A DNA stretch of 58,669 nt, counting the filler, from Squatina squatina (lineage: Eukaryota): assembly GCA_031763465.1 (NCBI GenBank). It is 4 parts of 4 records of this genome, joined end to end, with 100 filler letters (N's around TTAATTAATTAA, not from the genome) between each part and the next. Parts side by side here need not be neighbours in the genome. Positions count along the whole stretch, not along the records: positions 27,381 to 44,036 come from JARFOE010000004.1; positions 44,137 to 58,669 come from JARFOE010000100.1; 2 more parts are not named here. The stretch is one strand, 5' to 3'. Position numbers and translations under genes: made by a program. Positions within the stretch are counted from its first letter, which is position 1, and every line of letters starts with the position of its first letter. Shown here piece after piece: positions 36,846 through 50,536 of this stretch. Under the pieces are notes generated by a model, which was given only the letters and a program-made list of their open reading frames with translations, did not search any database and was not told the DNA's origin.

Positions 36846-36935
36846 GATACAGGACATCCATGTACAGCCAACAATCCTGAAAGCTGCTCGACACCAGTGT
36901 CGCCTCAGCACTTCATCGACCTTTTTAAGTTTTAA
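36846..36935 (+). CDS. FBXO25: FBXO25 last coding exon
   Basis: attag|DTGHPCTANNPESCSTPVSPQHFIDLFKF*, the FBXO25 C-terminus. The intervening exon is presumably in the gap. Confidence 0.92.
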   Translation, partial: DTGHPCTANNPESCSTPVSPQHFIDLFKF

Positions 36936-38344
36936 ATGGAACTGTTGATGCTTTAAAGATTTTATTTTAGATGTCCCTGATTTTTTTTTGAGAGCAAACA
37001 CTTGCTGCTTTTCATTTTCTTGTGCAATACATTTTTTTCTTCCGTTTTAATGAAAAACGGGGTGTTTTTTTAAANNNNNNNNNNNNNNNNNNNNNNNNNN
37101 NNNNNNNNNNNNNNNNNNNNNNNNNNNNNNNNNNNNNNNNNNNNNNNNNNNNNNNNNNNNNNNNNNNNNNNNNNGTGATTGAAATGTGTTGGTAGCAATA
37201 TGCTTGGGGGGGGGGGAGGGTGCAAATGTAGTATTATCCATCGTCACCAGATTGGAGATTGCAGGATTCACATTATGTATTGCTATTAGGTTGAAACGTG
37301 GAGGAGGGGTGGTGTGGAGTTCAGCATAATTATTACTTACAGTCATTATGTTGGAGGGAAAAGTCAGCACAATTGATTTGAAGGGATGGGGCGGGGGCAG
37401 TTCTGTGTATTTAATATCTTTTGCCAGTAGGTTTCAAGTTGAGGCGAGAGAGTTCAGAGTGACTAGTGTTATCTGCAGTCAGTACGTTTGAGGTCTAGGT
37501 GGAGTTCAGTGTGGTTGGTGTCATCAGTGAGCAGCAGATTAGATGCTAGGAGAGATGAGACAGTTGGAATTATTTATATGCAGTATGTTCACATCTGATG
37601 AGGTTCAATGTAGTTGCAGTCGTCAGCAGTAGTTTTAATGATGAGGGCGAATATGCTTTGGATCTACATAGGCAGGGAAACATTGATCTGGGGCTCAAAA
37701 GCTTTGTTGTTGCTGACATTCTCGTTAGATCTCCCTGCATCCCAAGTTATGAAGTTTCATAGTTAGGAGACTGACTGATAGCTTTTTGTAGCTTCTGGGA
37801 TTCAGCTGAAAACAACTAAAACATCTTTAACAGTGCTGGGATGTCTCATCTCCCAATTTAAACACAGGCTACTTACAGCACTGTGAAGTAGAAAGAACCC
37901 TACTTGCAGATACAATCACTGTTCCCATATCCAGCTTCAACCCTTCATTGCTTTTTTCAATTCTTCTGTTTTCTCTAATCCTTTACAACCTGTTTCAATG
38001 TGTTACTCTCCTTAAATAATACAGCTCAAACTCCTTTATTGTATCCAGTTTCTCTAATTTGTTTAAAAAAAACATAATCAGTGAATACTTCAGAAGGGCT
38101 AATTAAAATAGCTAAAATACCTTAATAACTTCCAGCACAGATTCTGTTCCCATCTGGAATAGTGAAGCTACTCACCATTTAGGTTCACTGTCAGTCAGCA
38201 ATTTGTGCTCATCGTCTTTATTGAAAAGGGAGGTTACTTCTTTCCAACCTTTTAGACTTGCTCCTTGAACCTAAATCAAGGGAAGAGTTCATTAATGTAG
38301 TAATAATAAAGTATGTAAAATGTGTAATGACCGGAATATATCTG

Positions 38345-38600
38345 GATTCCCTTAAATGGCTCCGTTGATAAGTGTGGAACAGTCATACAGATCAGAATGA
38401 TCCCAGTTTTGATTCCTGCTTTAGGCCGAGTTAGCTGATTTCAGCAGGAGCAACAGTGGAAGTGTTGCAATGGTGTTCAGCACTCGAGGGCTGTGCAAGA
38501 GGGGGAAAAAAAAATTCCAGAGATCCTGCTCCTCTACTCCATCCTGTGAACCATGCTAGAATGTGCATGTCAAGTTGGACTTTGACTAAATATGCCTCAG
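38345..38600 (+). mobile_element. Old degenerate SINE-like repeat
   Basis: Head with a CCCAGTTTTGATTCCTG B-box-like element; resembles 10405-10720 inverted. Confidence 0.4.
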
Positions 38601-38848
38601 TTGAATAGCCATCAAGATTCAAACTTAAGAATGGCCACTTGGGCAAGTTACTGCAGGATGGCTGGTGCTTCGAGAGCAATACTCCAGCATAAATCAGAAA
38701 AAAAGGGAAAAAAGAGAATGGGGGGGGTGAGGGAGGGAAACAGGCGAAGAAAGGAAGGAGGGGCGGGGTGGAGAATGCAGATATTGATTCCTTCGTTCTG
38801 ACAAAAAAAAAGTAAAAGTAATTTACAAATCTTAAATTTGATGCACTG

Positions 38849-39014
38849 GGGTAAATCCTGACTGAGATAGTGTAAAACATGTGATAGCAAATAGGCAACC
38901 CATTTTACATCTGCTGATTTTTATTTCTATTGAAGTCAATAGAAATAAAACACAGGAGATGTGAAACAGGCTGACATTCATCCATTTTACACTCACAAAA
39001 ATCAAGATCTACCC
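38849..39014. mobile_element. Palindromic MITE, about 166 bp
   Basis: Termini GGGTAAATC/GATCTACCC; perfect 15-bp central inverted repeat TTTTATTTCTATTGA-AG-TCAATAGAAATAAAA (38919-38950). Confidence 0.8.
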
Positions 39015-42000
39015 TATTGTCTCCAACAACACAATCTACCAATCAGGACAAAAAGAGATAAATGGATAAACAGTAGAGACTAGCATATAACATGTGTATG
39101 TGTTGGTCCATGCAGANNNNNNNNNNNNNNNNNNNNNNNNNNNNNNNNNNNNNNNNNNNNNNNNNNNNNNNNNNNNNNNNNNNNNNNNNNNNNNNNNNNN
39201 NNNNNNNNNNNNNNNNTTCAGACACATTTTATCAACATCCCTAGGGAAGCCAGCAATTCGATCGCAGGGCGTTATAGAAGCAATTTCCAGACTGAACAGG
39301 GCTGTTACTAGAAAATCAATCGGGTTGGAAAATGTTTCACCAAGGTCTTAATCAACTGAAAACCCTCGGTAATGGTAGAATAGTGGATGTCAAGGGAAAT
39401 GCAGATTATGTTTGCATTCTGTGTTATAATAATTGTAAATCTAGTAAGTAGGAATAAAAAGTCTGTAAAACTCAATTAATTTTGTTAAACAGAAAAATTT
39501 GAGACAAGAGTCACTGAAGGTTTCACCAGCACCTGCTTTCCTCAGACGTTGGTAGTGAGCTAATATATGAACAGGCATGATTTGGGCCCATTTTTTTCAT
39601 TATCTCAGAAGGTTATCGGGTTTCACTTTCTTACACCATGGGATTGTTTTTATTTTTCTGAGGATGATACATGGGTGTTCTGTCAAAGGATTCAGGAAGC
39701 AGCTGTTTCTGTAGTAAAACAAATCCTTTGATGACTTGCTTGTCCTCACATCAGTGCTCCCCTTCAGTACCTGTCAGTACCTGCATTGGGCTAAGTTCAG
39801 CCCAAGTATGATCTAGACTATGAACCTATCATGATTACGATTCTTGTAGCACAACCCTACAGGACTAAAGTAAAACAATAGTTGCCACAACNNNNNNNNN
39901 NNNNNNNNNNNNNNNNNNNNNNNNNNNNNNNNNNNNNNNNNNNNNNNNNNNNNNNNNNNNNNNNNNNNNNNNNNNNNNNNNNNNNNNNNNNTTTGCTTTT
40001 GAACTGATTAGCACCATTTAAAGTGTATGAATGCAATACAAGATATTGTACTAGTGACCATATATTATGTGATTTCCTTTCCAACATTGAAAGCTGTGGC
40101 ACTTTTGTATTGTGATATTACTTAGAATGAAAGAAACTCTAACGGTATCACTAGTGACTGACGTGCAATGTTCTATTAATACTGTAACACTGGTGGCTTC
40201 TTAAATGCGCTCCGGAATGCCTCATGGGATGCAGGACATCAAGACTAATCTGACTGCAGCAAGATATTTATTTTAGCTTTATGGTGGTTTAGTAATATGT
40301 TCCATTATGTAAAATAAAACGTATCTCTATGATCCAGAATAAAATATATTTTACTTTCTTTTTGTGGGGAGGGAGAAAAAGATAGCATTTCACATGCTCA
40401 GCTAAAAGTATCAGACAAATCTTTCACACATCACAGTATCTCCTAAAACTAAGTTCATTTTTTAAATGATTTTAAAATGGACTTTACTGCGGCACAAATT
40501 GACTTTGTGGACACATTTGAATGGCAATAATACTGAAGTCACTAAAGTAAAAATCTGTTGTAAACAACTTGTCATTTCATTTTGTCCGATAAGAAACCTT
40601 AAATGAAACATTCTGTCCTATAAGAAATCTTAAAAGAAACTATACAGTGCATATTCATATTTCGCAAATATTTTTAGTCACTATCTGAATTACCTTTATT
40701 TCCTCAGTATTAGATCAGTCCCTGCAGGTGACATTTCCCACCAGTGAAAATAAAATGTAACTTTACATNNNNNNNNNNATCTACTTTACATTGATGTGAG
40801 TTATCACTAGTGTTTTGTGGTTTGTGTTAGTAGTTTAACCAATTGCACTACATTTGCTCCCTTTCCCAAGAAAGCATTGGCATTTTCAATTGTGGTCTCT
40901 GATAATAATTGCCTTTTACCATCTGTACGCTACTTTGCACGTTGCAATTTCTTGTGCACAGCAACTGAAGTATATTAAATAGCACACCTCTTGTTCACAC
41001 TGACTTAAACTTCAGATTAGTTCCTCACACTCAAACATCCATTTCTAATGCTCACCTGCAACAGTCTGATATATCCAGGTATCATCATCCGTAGTGGAAT
41101 AAGCATTTTGATCAAGTATTTCTTTTTTGATTTTGTAGAGAGATGGAGGTAATAAGTGAATTATCTCTTCATTGGGATCTTTCTTGTGACAAAATTTCAG
41201 TCTCTTCACGTTCAATTTTGTATGGGTCGACAAGGCAGGAGATTACACAGCCTTTGTGAGCTCTTTATATACAAGCTTCAAGTAAGAATAGACTGGATAA
41301 ATGACATGAACTGTCACGTGTTATCAATCTGAGGTGCTTATATGTTGGCAGAGACTGTCTGCAATATATTTACAGAGATAGGCTCAGCTTTATCTGATTT
41401 TACACAATGCAGATGGAAAGAGTTAAAATATATGACATTATGACCTAGAAATTGAATTGTGCCCAAATCCTGGTATCGCGCACACTGTATGTGCCTAAGA
41501 AAGTCGAATAGGAAGACCATTGCAAATTGGTTCACCGGCCTCATTCCTTTATTACGGGTGAGCTATGGGTGCCAGTTGCGGCCCAAGAGGCAGCTCGGTG
41601 GGATGGGGGCAGCAAGATGAGTCGGCTTGGATGCTAGCTGTCTTCAGGAGAGCTCGTTGTGGAAAAGGCAATCGGGAAGGGCGTGGGGGCGAGCAGTGGC
41701 CGGCAGCGGCCCGTGAATTTACTGTGGAGTTAGGAGGAGCACTCCTGCTCCACCCGGCTCCATAGTAAGGTAGGGAAAAAAACTTAAAACTTCATTTTCG
41801 GGTGGCAACCTCCAGCGGTCCCTTTAAGCGCCCGAAGAAACTGACCACTACATGCACCCTGGATACCCAAGGAAGAGCCCAAAACAGTATGACAGACGCT
41901 GGACTTCCAGCTTGGAATGAGAACGTGCATACTGGACTTTTAGTAGGGGCCCGTGTTATGCCTGTAACATGAGCACAGCGTGACCTAATTTCTGGGGCTG

Positions 42001-42179
42001 TGCTTCTTGGCTTAAGTTTAAACGGTTCCAGATCAAAATCTGATTTACGCAGACTATATTGAATTTTTTAGAATTTTACTGTGGTTTTACTACACGCTGA
42101 CGGCATTTTTAATTTGATAATGTAGCACTGGTGAAGATAGCTGCAGAGAATGAACTGAGCCAGGAAATTCATTCCTGGG

Positions 42180-42460
42180 GTTGGCCATTCAGTCCCTCGA
42201 GCCTGCTCTGCTATTCAATTAGATCATGGCTGAGGATCATGGCTGATCTGTACCTCAACTCAATTTATTTGCCTTAGCTCTATATCACTGGATACCTTTA
42301 CCTAACAAATATCTATTGATCTCAGTCTTGAAAGCTCCAATTGTCTCAGAATCCACTGCCTTTTGGGAAAGATAATTCTGTATTTCTGCCACATTTTCTG
42401 TGGAAAAAATGCTTCCTGATTGTCCTAAGCAGCTTAGCTCTAATTCTAAGATTATGGCAT
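42180..42460 (-). mobile_element. CR1 3' fragment
   Basis: GGCCATTCAGTCCCTCGAGCCTG...GATCATGGCTGATCTGTACCTCAACTC, with a short internal duplication of GATCATGGCTGA. Confidence 0.8.
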
Positions 42461-42755
42461 CGAAATTGTGCAGCNNNNNNNNNNNNNNNNNNNNNNNNNN
42501 NNNNNNNNNNNNNNNNNNNNNNNNNNNNNNNNNNNNNNNNNNNNNNNNNNNNNNNNNNNNNNNNNNNNNNNNNNGTGCAAGCGTGGAGAAAATCTCACAA
42601 AGTTCAGTGCTGGAAATCTGTTTTCTAGCCTACGCGTTGGATCTGCCAAGAAAAATCTTGACAGATCGCAAGTGCTGGATCTGTGGGCATGCACAGAGCA
42701 GCCACATATTCGGCACTTGCAAGGTCCCCACCTGGGGGATCACAATTTGAGGCCC

Positions 42756-43555
42756 AATATGTCCACCAGTGTCTGTCACTAAGATCTGCCCCTTTGAATT
42801 CACAACAGTGCCAAATGGAGATTGCCAGCCCAATTTTAAATGGAAAAGCACCTCTTTGTCCCTTGCATACACAGAAACCTGTTGTTTATTGCATTTAACA
42901 ATAAGGACTGAACAATAAAGCTAGTGGTTGAACTATCTGTTGGACTGTATGGCCTTTTACAATTTGGCTGTTATATGTCATGAAAAGAGGTATAAAACTT
43001 GCCTGAACAGTCGAGTGTTTGCATTGTGTGTATTGCCTTGTCAGTCATAAACATGATGCCATCGTGAGCTATGGCAGCCCCAGTTGGACAGTTGAAAAGC
43101 TCCTGACCTTTGTCATGATTGCTGAACTGTTGAACTATTTTGTTGAAGAAAAGAGCAGTGAAATTTTCAGTGTTAACTATGTGTCTTGTCAAGATAATAG
43201 GCTCCTCTTTACCAGGATGTGAAATGTACCAGGAAGCAGGAGGCACTAAGTTCTGTATTTTACTAGTCTCGTGTGTTATAACCTGAGGCACACATTCAAA
43301 AATTGGAGCAGATGCATGAGAGCTGGGTATACAATCATCTAATTCTTGTAGTGTCTGTATCTGTGGCAGTAGCTCAACATCAGATGCATTGTTCATGAGA
43401 TGTTCCAAAGACTGTGAAAGACCTTCAGTCTGTTCCATCTGTTTGGTTTTTTCCTGCACTGTTTTCTCAAGCTGCTTCTGTTTTTCCATACAGAAATCCA
43501 AAGTTATGTGAATTCGCTCTCTGTAGTTCAATGCTGCTGAACCCACATTAGTTAC
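42756..43555 (-). pseudogene. TRIM-NHL-like pseudogene fragment (coiled coil + NHL repeats)
   Basis: Coiled coil (KQKQLEK...LEHLMNNASDVELL), then NHL-like repeats (GQELFNCPTGAAIAHDGIMFMTD; WQSPFGTVVNSKGQILVTDTG). In-frame TAA at 42971-42973, a frame change before the last repeat and a MITE-like insertion at 42755. Confidence 0.7.
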
Positions 43556-43804
43556 CTGATGTGGTTTTTATGATGCGTGGTTAAGAGCACAGCTAGGGCA
43601 CAACAGTCTGGCAGGAAAAGGAGTACATTTTTTTAGAAACCTGCATCTACAAAAGTTAATAAACGCTGAAGGACCAGATGAATCAACTGGAATGTAAAAT
43701 ACTTATTATCTTTAATTCCCATGTACAATAAGTGCAAACTCTTCCGTATTTACAGTTAAACACTACTGATCTTTGGCAAGAGTGAAGTATGAAACATACC
43801 ATAA

Positions 43805-44036
43805 ACATAAAATGCTGGAAAAACTCAGCAAGTCAGGCAGCATCTGTAGAGAGAGAAACAAAGTTAATGTTTCAGGACGATGACCCTTCGTCGGAACTGA
43901 AAAAAGCCAGAAATGCAGGAGGTTTTCAAGCACCTGCAGGGGCCGGGAAAGGGGGGAGTGGGAGGAAAGAACAAAGGGAAAGATCAGTGATTGGGTGGAA
44001 GGCAGAAGAGATTAAGAGATGATGCAAGGCAATCAG
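43805..44036 (-). mobile_element. Penelope-like element fragment
   Basis: AAATGCTGGAAAAACTCAGCAAGTCAGGCAGCATCTGTAGAGAGAGAAACAAAGTTAATGTTTCAGG followed by a purine-rich tract; homologous to 4228-4320. Confidence 0.65.
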
Positions 44037-44136
44037 NNNNNNNNNNNNNNNNNNNNNNNNNNNNNNNNNNNNNNNNNNNNTTAATTAATTAANNNNNNNN
44101 NNNNNNNNNNNNNNNNNNNNNNNNNNNNNNNNNNNN
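44037..44136. other. Artificial scaffold linker (44 N + TTAATTAATTAA + 44 N)
   Basis: Same structure as the two earlier linkers. Confidence 0.95.
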
Positions 44137-44964
44137 ATAAAGAATCGTCTCCAGCCCCACATGGCTGGAGTGTCTAATTACCATTTCCAATTGTCTGTTT
44201 GATTGACGTCACCCTGCAGTAATTTCGCTCCTGCTGGTCTGAAGTCTGCGTTTTAAGGTCTGATTCATGCCCCACCATTTTGTCCCTTGTTGCGTGGTTT
44301 TCGGTTTTAAGACATAAAAACACAAATTTTGGCCCGATTCTTACATGACTTAGTACTCCATTAAAAGCTCAGTTACTCCTGATTGAACAAGGCTTAGGTT
44401 TTTCATCGATCTTTACAGCAAGATTCCTGCTTTTAACTGTGCATGTGCAGACGCCAGAAGTTGCAATCAGTTTCACCCAGTAATAACGGCAAGCACTGAC
44501 AGCCTTGTTATTATTACTCATGCAAGTCCCGAGTAAATATCTGCAACTTTCGGCAATCAACCTCCCAAAGGGCACTACTGTATAGGAGAGAGTTCAGAAA
44601 TGAGTGGCATGGATGATTTGAGGACTTGGAGCTGTAGGCTGTGATAACAAATTTGCAGAACTGAACATATTGTCATTTGAGAAGCAAAGATGAAGAGATG
44701 ACATGAGTGCTCAATTGTAACATAACGTGTAAAAGCTGCCCTAAAGGGTAACTTCTATTTGATTTTGTCTCCTGCATTGATCACAAGAAATACATTTTGC
44801 TGCAAGTCAATTCTTTTGAATTATTCTCCCCACATGTCCTTCCATGGTATATATTCTGAAGGATTTAATACCTTGATAAGACATCATTTAACCCATTTTA
44901 TACTATATGGAATATTGACAATGCAGCTAATAAAACAACAGGCCATAATTTGTGGCTCCTAAGG

Positions 44965-45049
44965 CTGCGTACAAGGTGTACACCCAAGTCCAAGTCATTA
45001 ATATAGATCAAGAAAAGCAGTGGTTCTAGTACCAACCACTGGGGTACAC
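44965..45049 (-). mobile_element. CR1 reverse transcriptase fragment
   Basis: VPQWLVLEPLLFLIYINDLDLGV, a degenerate GVPQGSVLGPLLFLIYINDL. Confidence 0.8.
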
Positions 45050-46892
45050 NNNNNNNNNNNNNNNNNNNNNNNNNNNNNNNNNNNNNNNNNNNNNNNNNNN
45101 NNNNNNNNNNNNNNNNNNNNNNNNNNNNNNNNNNNNNNNNNNNNNNNNNCACTAACTGTTATAATAAATGTAATGTACTTGGTAAGGATGTTGAAATGTT
45201 AGGTAATCTTGAAGATTGATGCAAAATCTGTCATGCTTTTTTATGATGCATAAACAAACTTATTTATTTCATTTTAATTATATAGGCTCCTACATATTGG
45301 AAAATAATACTGTTCTGCATGAATGTATCAAAGGAAAAAGGATCCACAAACCAGAATACAGGACTGTTCATATTGCTGATTATGGTGCGTTAATTATGTT
45401 CATTTTAGCTCATTTAATTATACGGCAATGGCTTACACAATCTAGCTTCAGTGATTTGTGGCTGTTGGTTCTGCTGGCTGCTGAGAAGTGTCCAATGCAG
45501 ATTAAAAATAAAAACAAAACACTTCAGGTTCCACAATAAAACTTAATATTGTGGAGCACAAATCAGAAAGTATATGTCAGCTGTCAAAAATCCATAACAA
45601 AGTACATTCTTCAGGAAATTCCATCAGACCCCAACAAAATCCAGTGGGGCCGGAATTCGGGTACTTTGCGCCTCCCGTTAGCTAACGGGGCGCAAATGAG
45701 GTTTCGCCCGGGCATGGTGAAAACAGTGCCTCCTGCTAAATTGGGTGGGGGCATTGTGGCGGCACTAACAGGTAGTGCCCCGCTCAGCTGCGCCTGGCGA
45801 TGATGAGGTCATCACCGTGCACAGCGCTCCGGAAGCTAAATTTGTTTGCAACCCCTGTCTTCCCGCTCGGCGCTGACGACAGCTTCAGCTGTCGAGTTTC
45901 AGTCGGGAGTCGGCTGGAGGAGCGCTATTTAAAGGAGCCATCTTTGGGAAAAATTTTAGTCGGCCNNNNNNNNNNNNNNNNNNNNNNNNNNNNNNNNNNN
46001 NNNNNNNNNNNNNNNNNNNNNNNNNNNNNNNNNNNNNNNNNNNNNNNNNNNNNNNNNNNNNNNNNCTGACTCAGAGGTGAGAGTGCTACCACTGAGCCAT
46101 GGCTGACACCTATCCACAATGACGATTTTACCTCCCGCCGGTGAAAGTTAAAATTTACCCCAAGATGGATGACTTTAACTATCAGGCAGCTGGTCGCCCC
46201 ATTCCTCCTGCAAGTGGCCTGGTCCGTTTTAGGGGTTGGGCTTCATCAACATTTCACGGGAAAACTGCATGCTCCCGAACAGGTTTCAGGCCTGTGAAAT
46301 ATCAAACAGCTTAGAGGGCAACCTGGCCAGCAGAAAGGTACGTCCAGAAGACAGAAAGGGAGAGGAATGATTGTCAAGAGTGTGGCAGGTGTTCCCAGGG
46401 GTTCCTCTGGGCCTCACAAAAATAATTTTAGACCTACATTTTTGGGGACCTCTTCCTCTTGACCGGTAGGTGTGAAGGTAGCTGGCATCAATATAAGTTG
46501 ATATCTTTCCTTCATTTCTATGGTGCATTTGCAGTTCAGAACAGTTCTAATCTGCAGGCAAATCCAAATTTATGGTTGTAATGTAAACAGGGCTACAGTT
46601 TGGTCTGAACAGTGATCTCAGGTAGAAGATAGTTTATTACATTGAGACACATACCGAGCCAGTTGTGATTAAGATAGATAGAAATATACTTTGCCTGACT
46701 GTCAAAATATTGCCACAGAGTTTTTTATGACCTAAAAATAATGTAATGATCCAAGTTGCTTATTGAAAAGAATAATGCAGAGATTCTTTATGGCATCTTT
46801 CTGGGGCTTTAAATCTTAATGCTTTATGTCAGAAGCTAAATGCAGTGAAGGACTGTCGATAATAACTTCCTTTGTTGTATTGGTATTTGCAG

Positions 46893-47087
46893 TGACGGAG
46901 CCCCAGGGAGCCAGCTGGTTACTGATAAGTTTTGGATTGACTGGGATTCAGTACTTGTCAGCTCTGATAATGTCATCCTTGCTCGCTTTGATGGCCGGGG
47001 GAGTGGTTTTCAAGGGCTTAAAATTCTGCAGGACATCCATCGAAGGTTGGGGACAGTGGAAGTGAAAGACCAAATTACAGCAGTGCA
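46893..47087 (+). CDS. DPP10: Inactive dipeptidyl peptidase 10, internal exon (195 nt)
   Basis: ttgcag|T-DGAPGSQLVTDKFWIDWDSVLVSSDNVILARFDGRGSGFQGLKILQDIHRRLGTVEVKDQITAV|gtacgt. Confidence 0.94.
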
Positions 47088-47582
47088 GTACGTATTTAAA
47101 CATCCTTGAGATTTGTACAGTTTGGTTGTTTTTCTGCCTTTCACTCAAGGGTCACTGTCTTTATTAAAAAAAAAATTCAGCACACCTTCACCTGTTGAAG
47201 GATGGAGACATGCAAAAGGAGTCAAAATCATTTTTCTTTCGATGATGTGCATAANNNNNNNNNNNNNNNNNNNNNNNNNNNNNNNNNNNNNNNNNNNNNN
47301 NNNNNNNNNNNNNNNNNNNNNNNNNNNNNNNNNNNNNNNNNNNNNNNNNNNNNNTTTAATGCACAAATCTTTGCTAAGTGCCTCGTTACTAATCATTTCA
47401 TTCACCTGTTTTCGAATTATTATATTTCAATAGTCATAATGCAAATCAGCTTTAAAACACACGTCAATATAAAACAACAATCTTAGTCCATCCTCAGATG
47501 TTATAAGTGATCTAGTTATTTAATCTTACACATTTTAAAAACAGAACTATTAAAAAGTGTGTCCGATTCTGCTTCTTTTTGA

Positions 47583-47690
<108 letters not shown>

Positions 47691-50477
47691 TAAACAATAA
47701 AAATCGTAAGTCATTTCATATATGTATTGGTACTATAGCGGGTGTTAGTTCAAGGCTGCAAATTCAAATCTTTTCCTTACAGTCTGTGCCAAAAAAAAGA
47801 GAAATCTGCAGTTAATATTTGTATTCTACCATTGCAGACAAAACATTGAGGTACAAGTCGCCTTGGGCAGTCGCGCAAAATGGGCAGTATCGCATTGGCT
47901 CCTTGGCATTCTGTTATTTAGTTTCATTGGTGTATAATACAATACCACCCATTTTGCANNNNNNNNNNNNNNNNNNNNNNNNNNNNNNNNNNNNNNNNNN
48001 NNNNNNNNNNNNNNNNNNNNNNNNNNNNNNNNNNNNNNNNNNNNNNNNNNNNNNNNNNNNNNNNNNNNNNNNNNNNNNNNNNNNNNNNNNNNNNNNNNNN
48101 NNNNNNNNNNNNNNNNNNNNNNNNNNNNNNNNNNNNNNNNNNNNNNNNNNNNNNNNNNNNNNNNNNNNNNNNNNNNNNNNNNNNNNNNNNNNNNNNNNNN
48201 NNNNNNNNNNNNNNNNNNNNNNNNNNNNNNNNNNNNNNNNNNNNNNNNNNNNNNNNNNNNNNNNNNNNNNNNNNNNNNNNNNNNNNNNNNNNNNNNNNNN
48301 NNNNNNNNNNNNNNNNNNNNNNNNNNNNNNNNNNNNNNNNNNNNNNNNNNNNNNNNNNNNNNNNNNNNNNNNNNNNNNNNNNNNNNNNNNNNNNNNNNNN
48401 NNNNNNNNNNNNNNNNNNNNNNNNNNNNNNNNNNNNNNNNNNNNNNNNNNNNNNNNNNNNNNNNNNNNNNNNNNNNNNNNNNNNNNNNNNNNNNNNNNNN
48501 NNNNNNNNNNNNNNNNNNNNNNNNNNNNNNNNNNNNNNNNNNNNNNNNNNNNNNNNNNNNNNNNNNNNNNNNNNNNNNNNNNNNNNNNNNNNNNNNNNNN
48601 NNNNNNNNNNNNNNNNNNNNNNNNNNNNNNNNNNNNNNNNNNNNNNNNNNNNNNNNNNNNNNNNNNNNNNNNNNNNNNNNNNNNNNNNNNNNNNNNNNNN
48701 NNNNNNNNNNNNNNNNNNNNNNNNNNNNNNNNNNNNNNNNNNNNNNNNNNNNNNNNNNNNNNNNNNNNNNNNNNNNNNNNNNNNNNNNNNNNNNNNNNNN
48801 NNNNNNNNNNNNNNNNNNNNNNNNNNNNNNNNNNNNNNNNNNNNNNNNNNNNNNNNNNNNNNNNNNNNNNNNNNNNNNNNNNNNNNNNNNNNNNNNNNNN
48901 NNNGGGTGTTAGGTCTTATTCAAGTATTCAGAGAGGAAATACGCATGGGAATTTTATGAAGATGCAGTTGTGTGAAGCTAAATGGACAATTTGGAGGACC
49001 TTTCAGATATCAGATTTCTGGATTTTTATGTTTTTATGAGGTCAATGAGATTTGAGGCAATTAAATAATTTGAAGTTGTTAAGTAGGAGATAGTAGAGAT
49101 GAAGGTCAGATAAGTTTGAGTTTTTAAAAGCTATACTGTCTGCTAATAATATGTTCTTTGGATAAAGACAAATGCTTGTCCTTGTACCATAGCTTCTACT
49201 TTCAGAAAAGAGTGCATGTTCATGGTTCTCTTGAGAAATTCTGAGTGCCAGTCGTTTATCTTCTTCTCCTATTGACTGTTCAACGCCTTCCCTTTTTGGA
49301 CAGTAATTGTTGAGCTGCCATTGCAATTGATGATATGCTTAACATTTCTCTGTGGATTCAGTCACAAGTTATTTATTGAAATGAGGAGCAGCTAAATTCT
49401 CATCCAGACACTCATCACTCTAACCATGCCATATTACATCAGGCCCTGCTGCTCTCTGCTGCACCTCTTGACTGCTGACATCTAGATACAAAGAAAAAGC
49501 AGATGAGAAAAATTACAAAGGAAATTCTCTGTTTTGTTAAAAGCTTCCTTCCAGATTTAACTGGCCTGTCACCTTTGTTCCTATATTTTGAATTTAAATG
49601 ACAAGCTGGTGGCATCTTTAAAATTTTAAAGCTAAGTTACAATGAATCTCTCCCTTTTTTGCTGGTATTTTTAGTATGTTTTCTTCAGTTCATATTGAGG
49701 ATGGGAAGTAAAATTGGGCTTCCATACTTTACTAATAACTGCAGTTAGAATGGTTAGAGAATATGGCAACATTAGAGTCTTTCAATTTAGCCTTGATTAC
49801 ATTGGTCATTTCTTTGTTGGTATACCAGAACGAGATTGTACCCAAGTGGTATTCAAGGTGTATNNNNNNNNNNNNNNNNNNNNNNNNNNNNNNNNNNNNN
49901 NNNNNNNNNNNNNNNNNNNNNNNNNNNNNNNNNNNNNNNNNNNNNNNNNNNNNNNNNNNNNNNNNNNNNNNNNNNNNNNNNNNNNNNNNNNNNNNNNNNN
50001 NNNNNNNNNNNNNNNNNNNNNNNNNNNNNNNNNNNNNNNNNNNNNNNNNNNNNNNNNNNNNNNNNNNNNNNNNNNNNNNNNNNNNNNNNNNNNNNNNNNN
50101 NNNNNNNNNNNNNNNNNNNNNNNNNNNNNNNNNNNNNNNNNNNNNNNNNNNNNNNNNNNNNNNNNNNNNNNNNNNNNNNNNNNNNNNNNNNNNNNNNNNA
50201 TTGATAAGCATGGGACAAGATGCTTAGTTAATACTGCCTCCTGAGAAAAGATTTCAATTTTTATCATAAATCTAGTTTAGTATCCAGTCGTGTTGTGAGC
50301 AGCAAATTAATTATTAAGTAGAAGGGCTGGTATTGGTACCTAAGAGGTCTCTTCATATGTTTTTGAACCACATGGGAAAGGATGAGGGTCAGTTATTACT
50401 TGTTGTTCAGCGTTAGTTAATTCACAGGGATGAAGACACCATGCAAATCTGGATTAAACTGATTTTTCTTCGCACAG

Positions 50478-50536
50478 CTTCAGCATTCACAGAGCGATAC
50501 CTTGGATTACCATCACGAGATGAAAACATTTATCAA
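50478..50536 (+). CDS. DPP10: DPP10 internal exon (59 nt)
   Basis: cacag|(A)SAFTERYLGLPSRDENIYQ|gtgagt; phase matches the previous exon. Confidence 0.9.

Noticed and set aside
41045-41360. Minus-strand exon-like segment with a CAG|GTGAGC donor
   Set aside because: Stops in all frames over its length and no recognisable protein; possibly more pseudogene debris.
49042-49326. Possible L1/Tx1 endonuclease remnant
   Set aside because: Resemblance too weak to call by eye.
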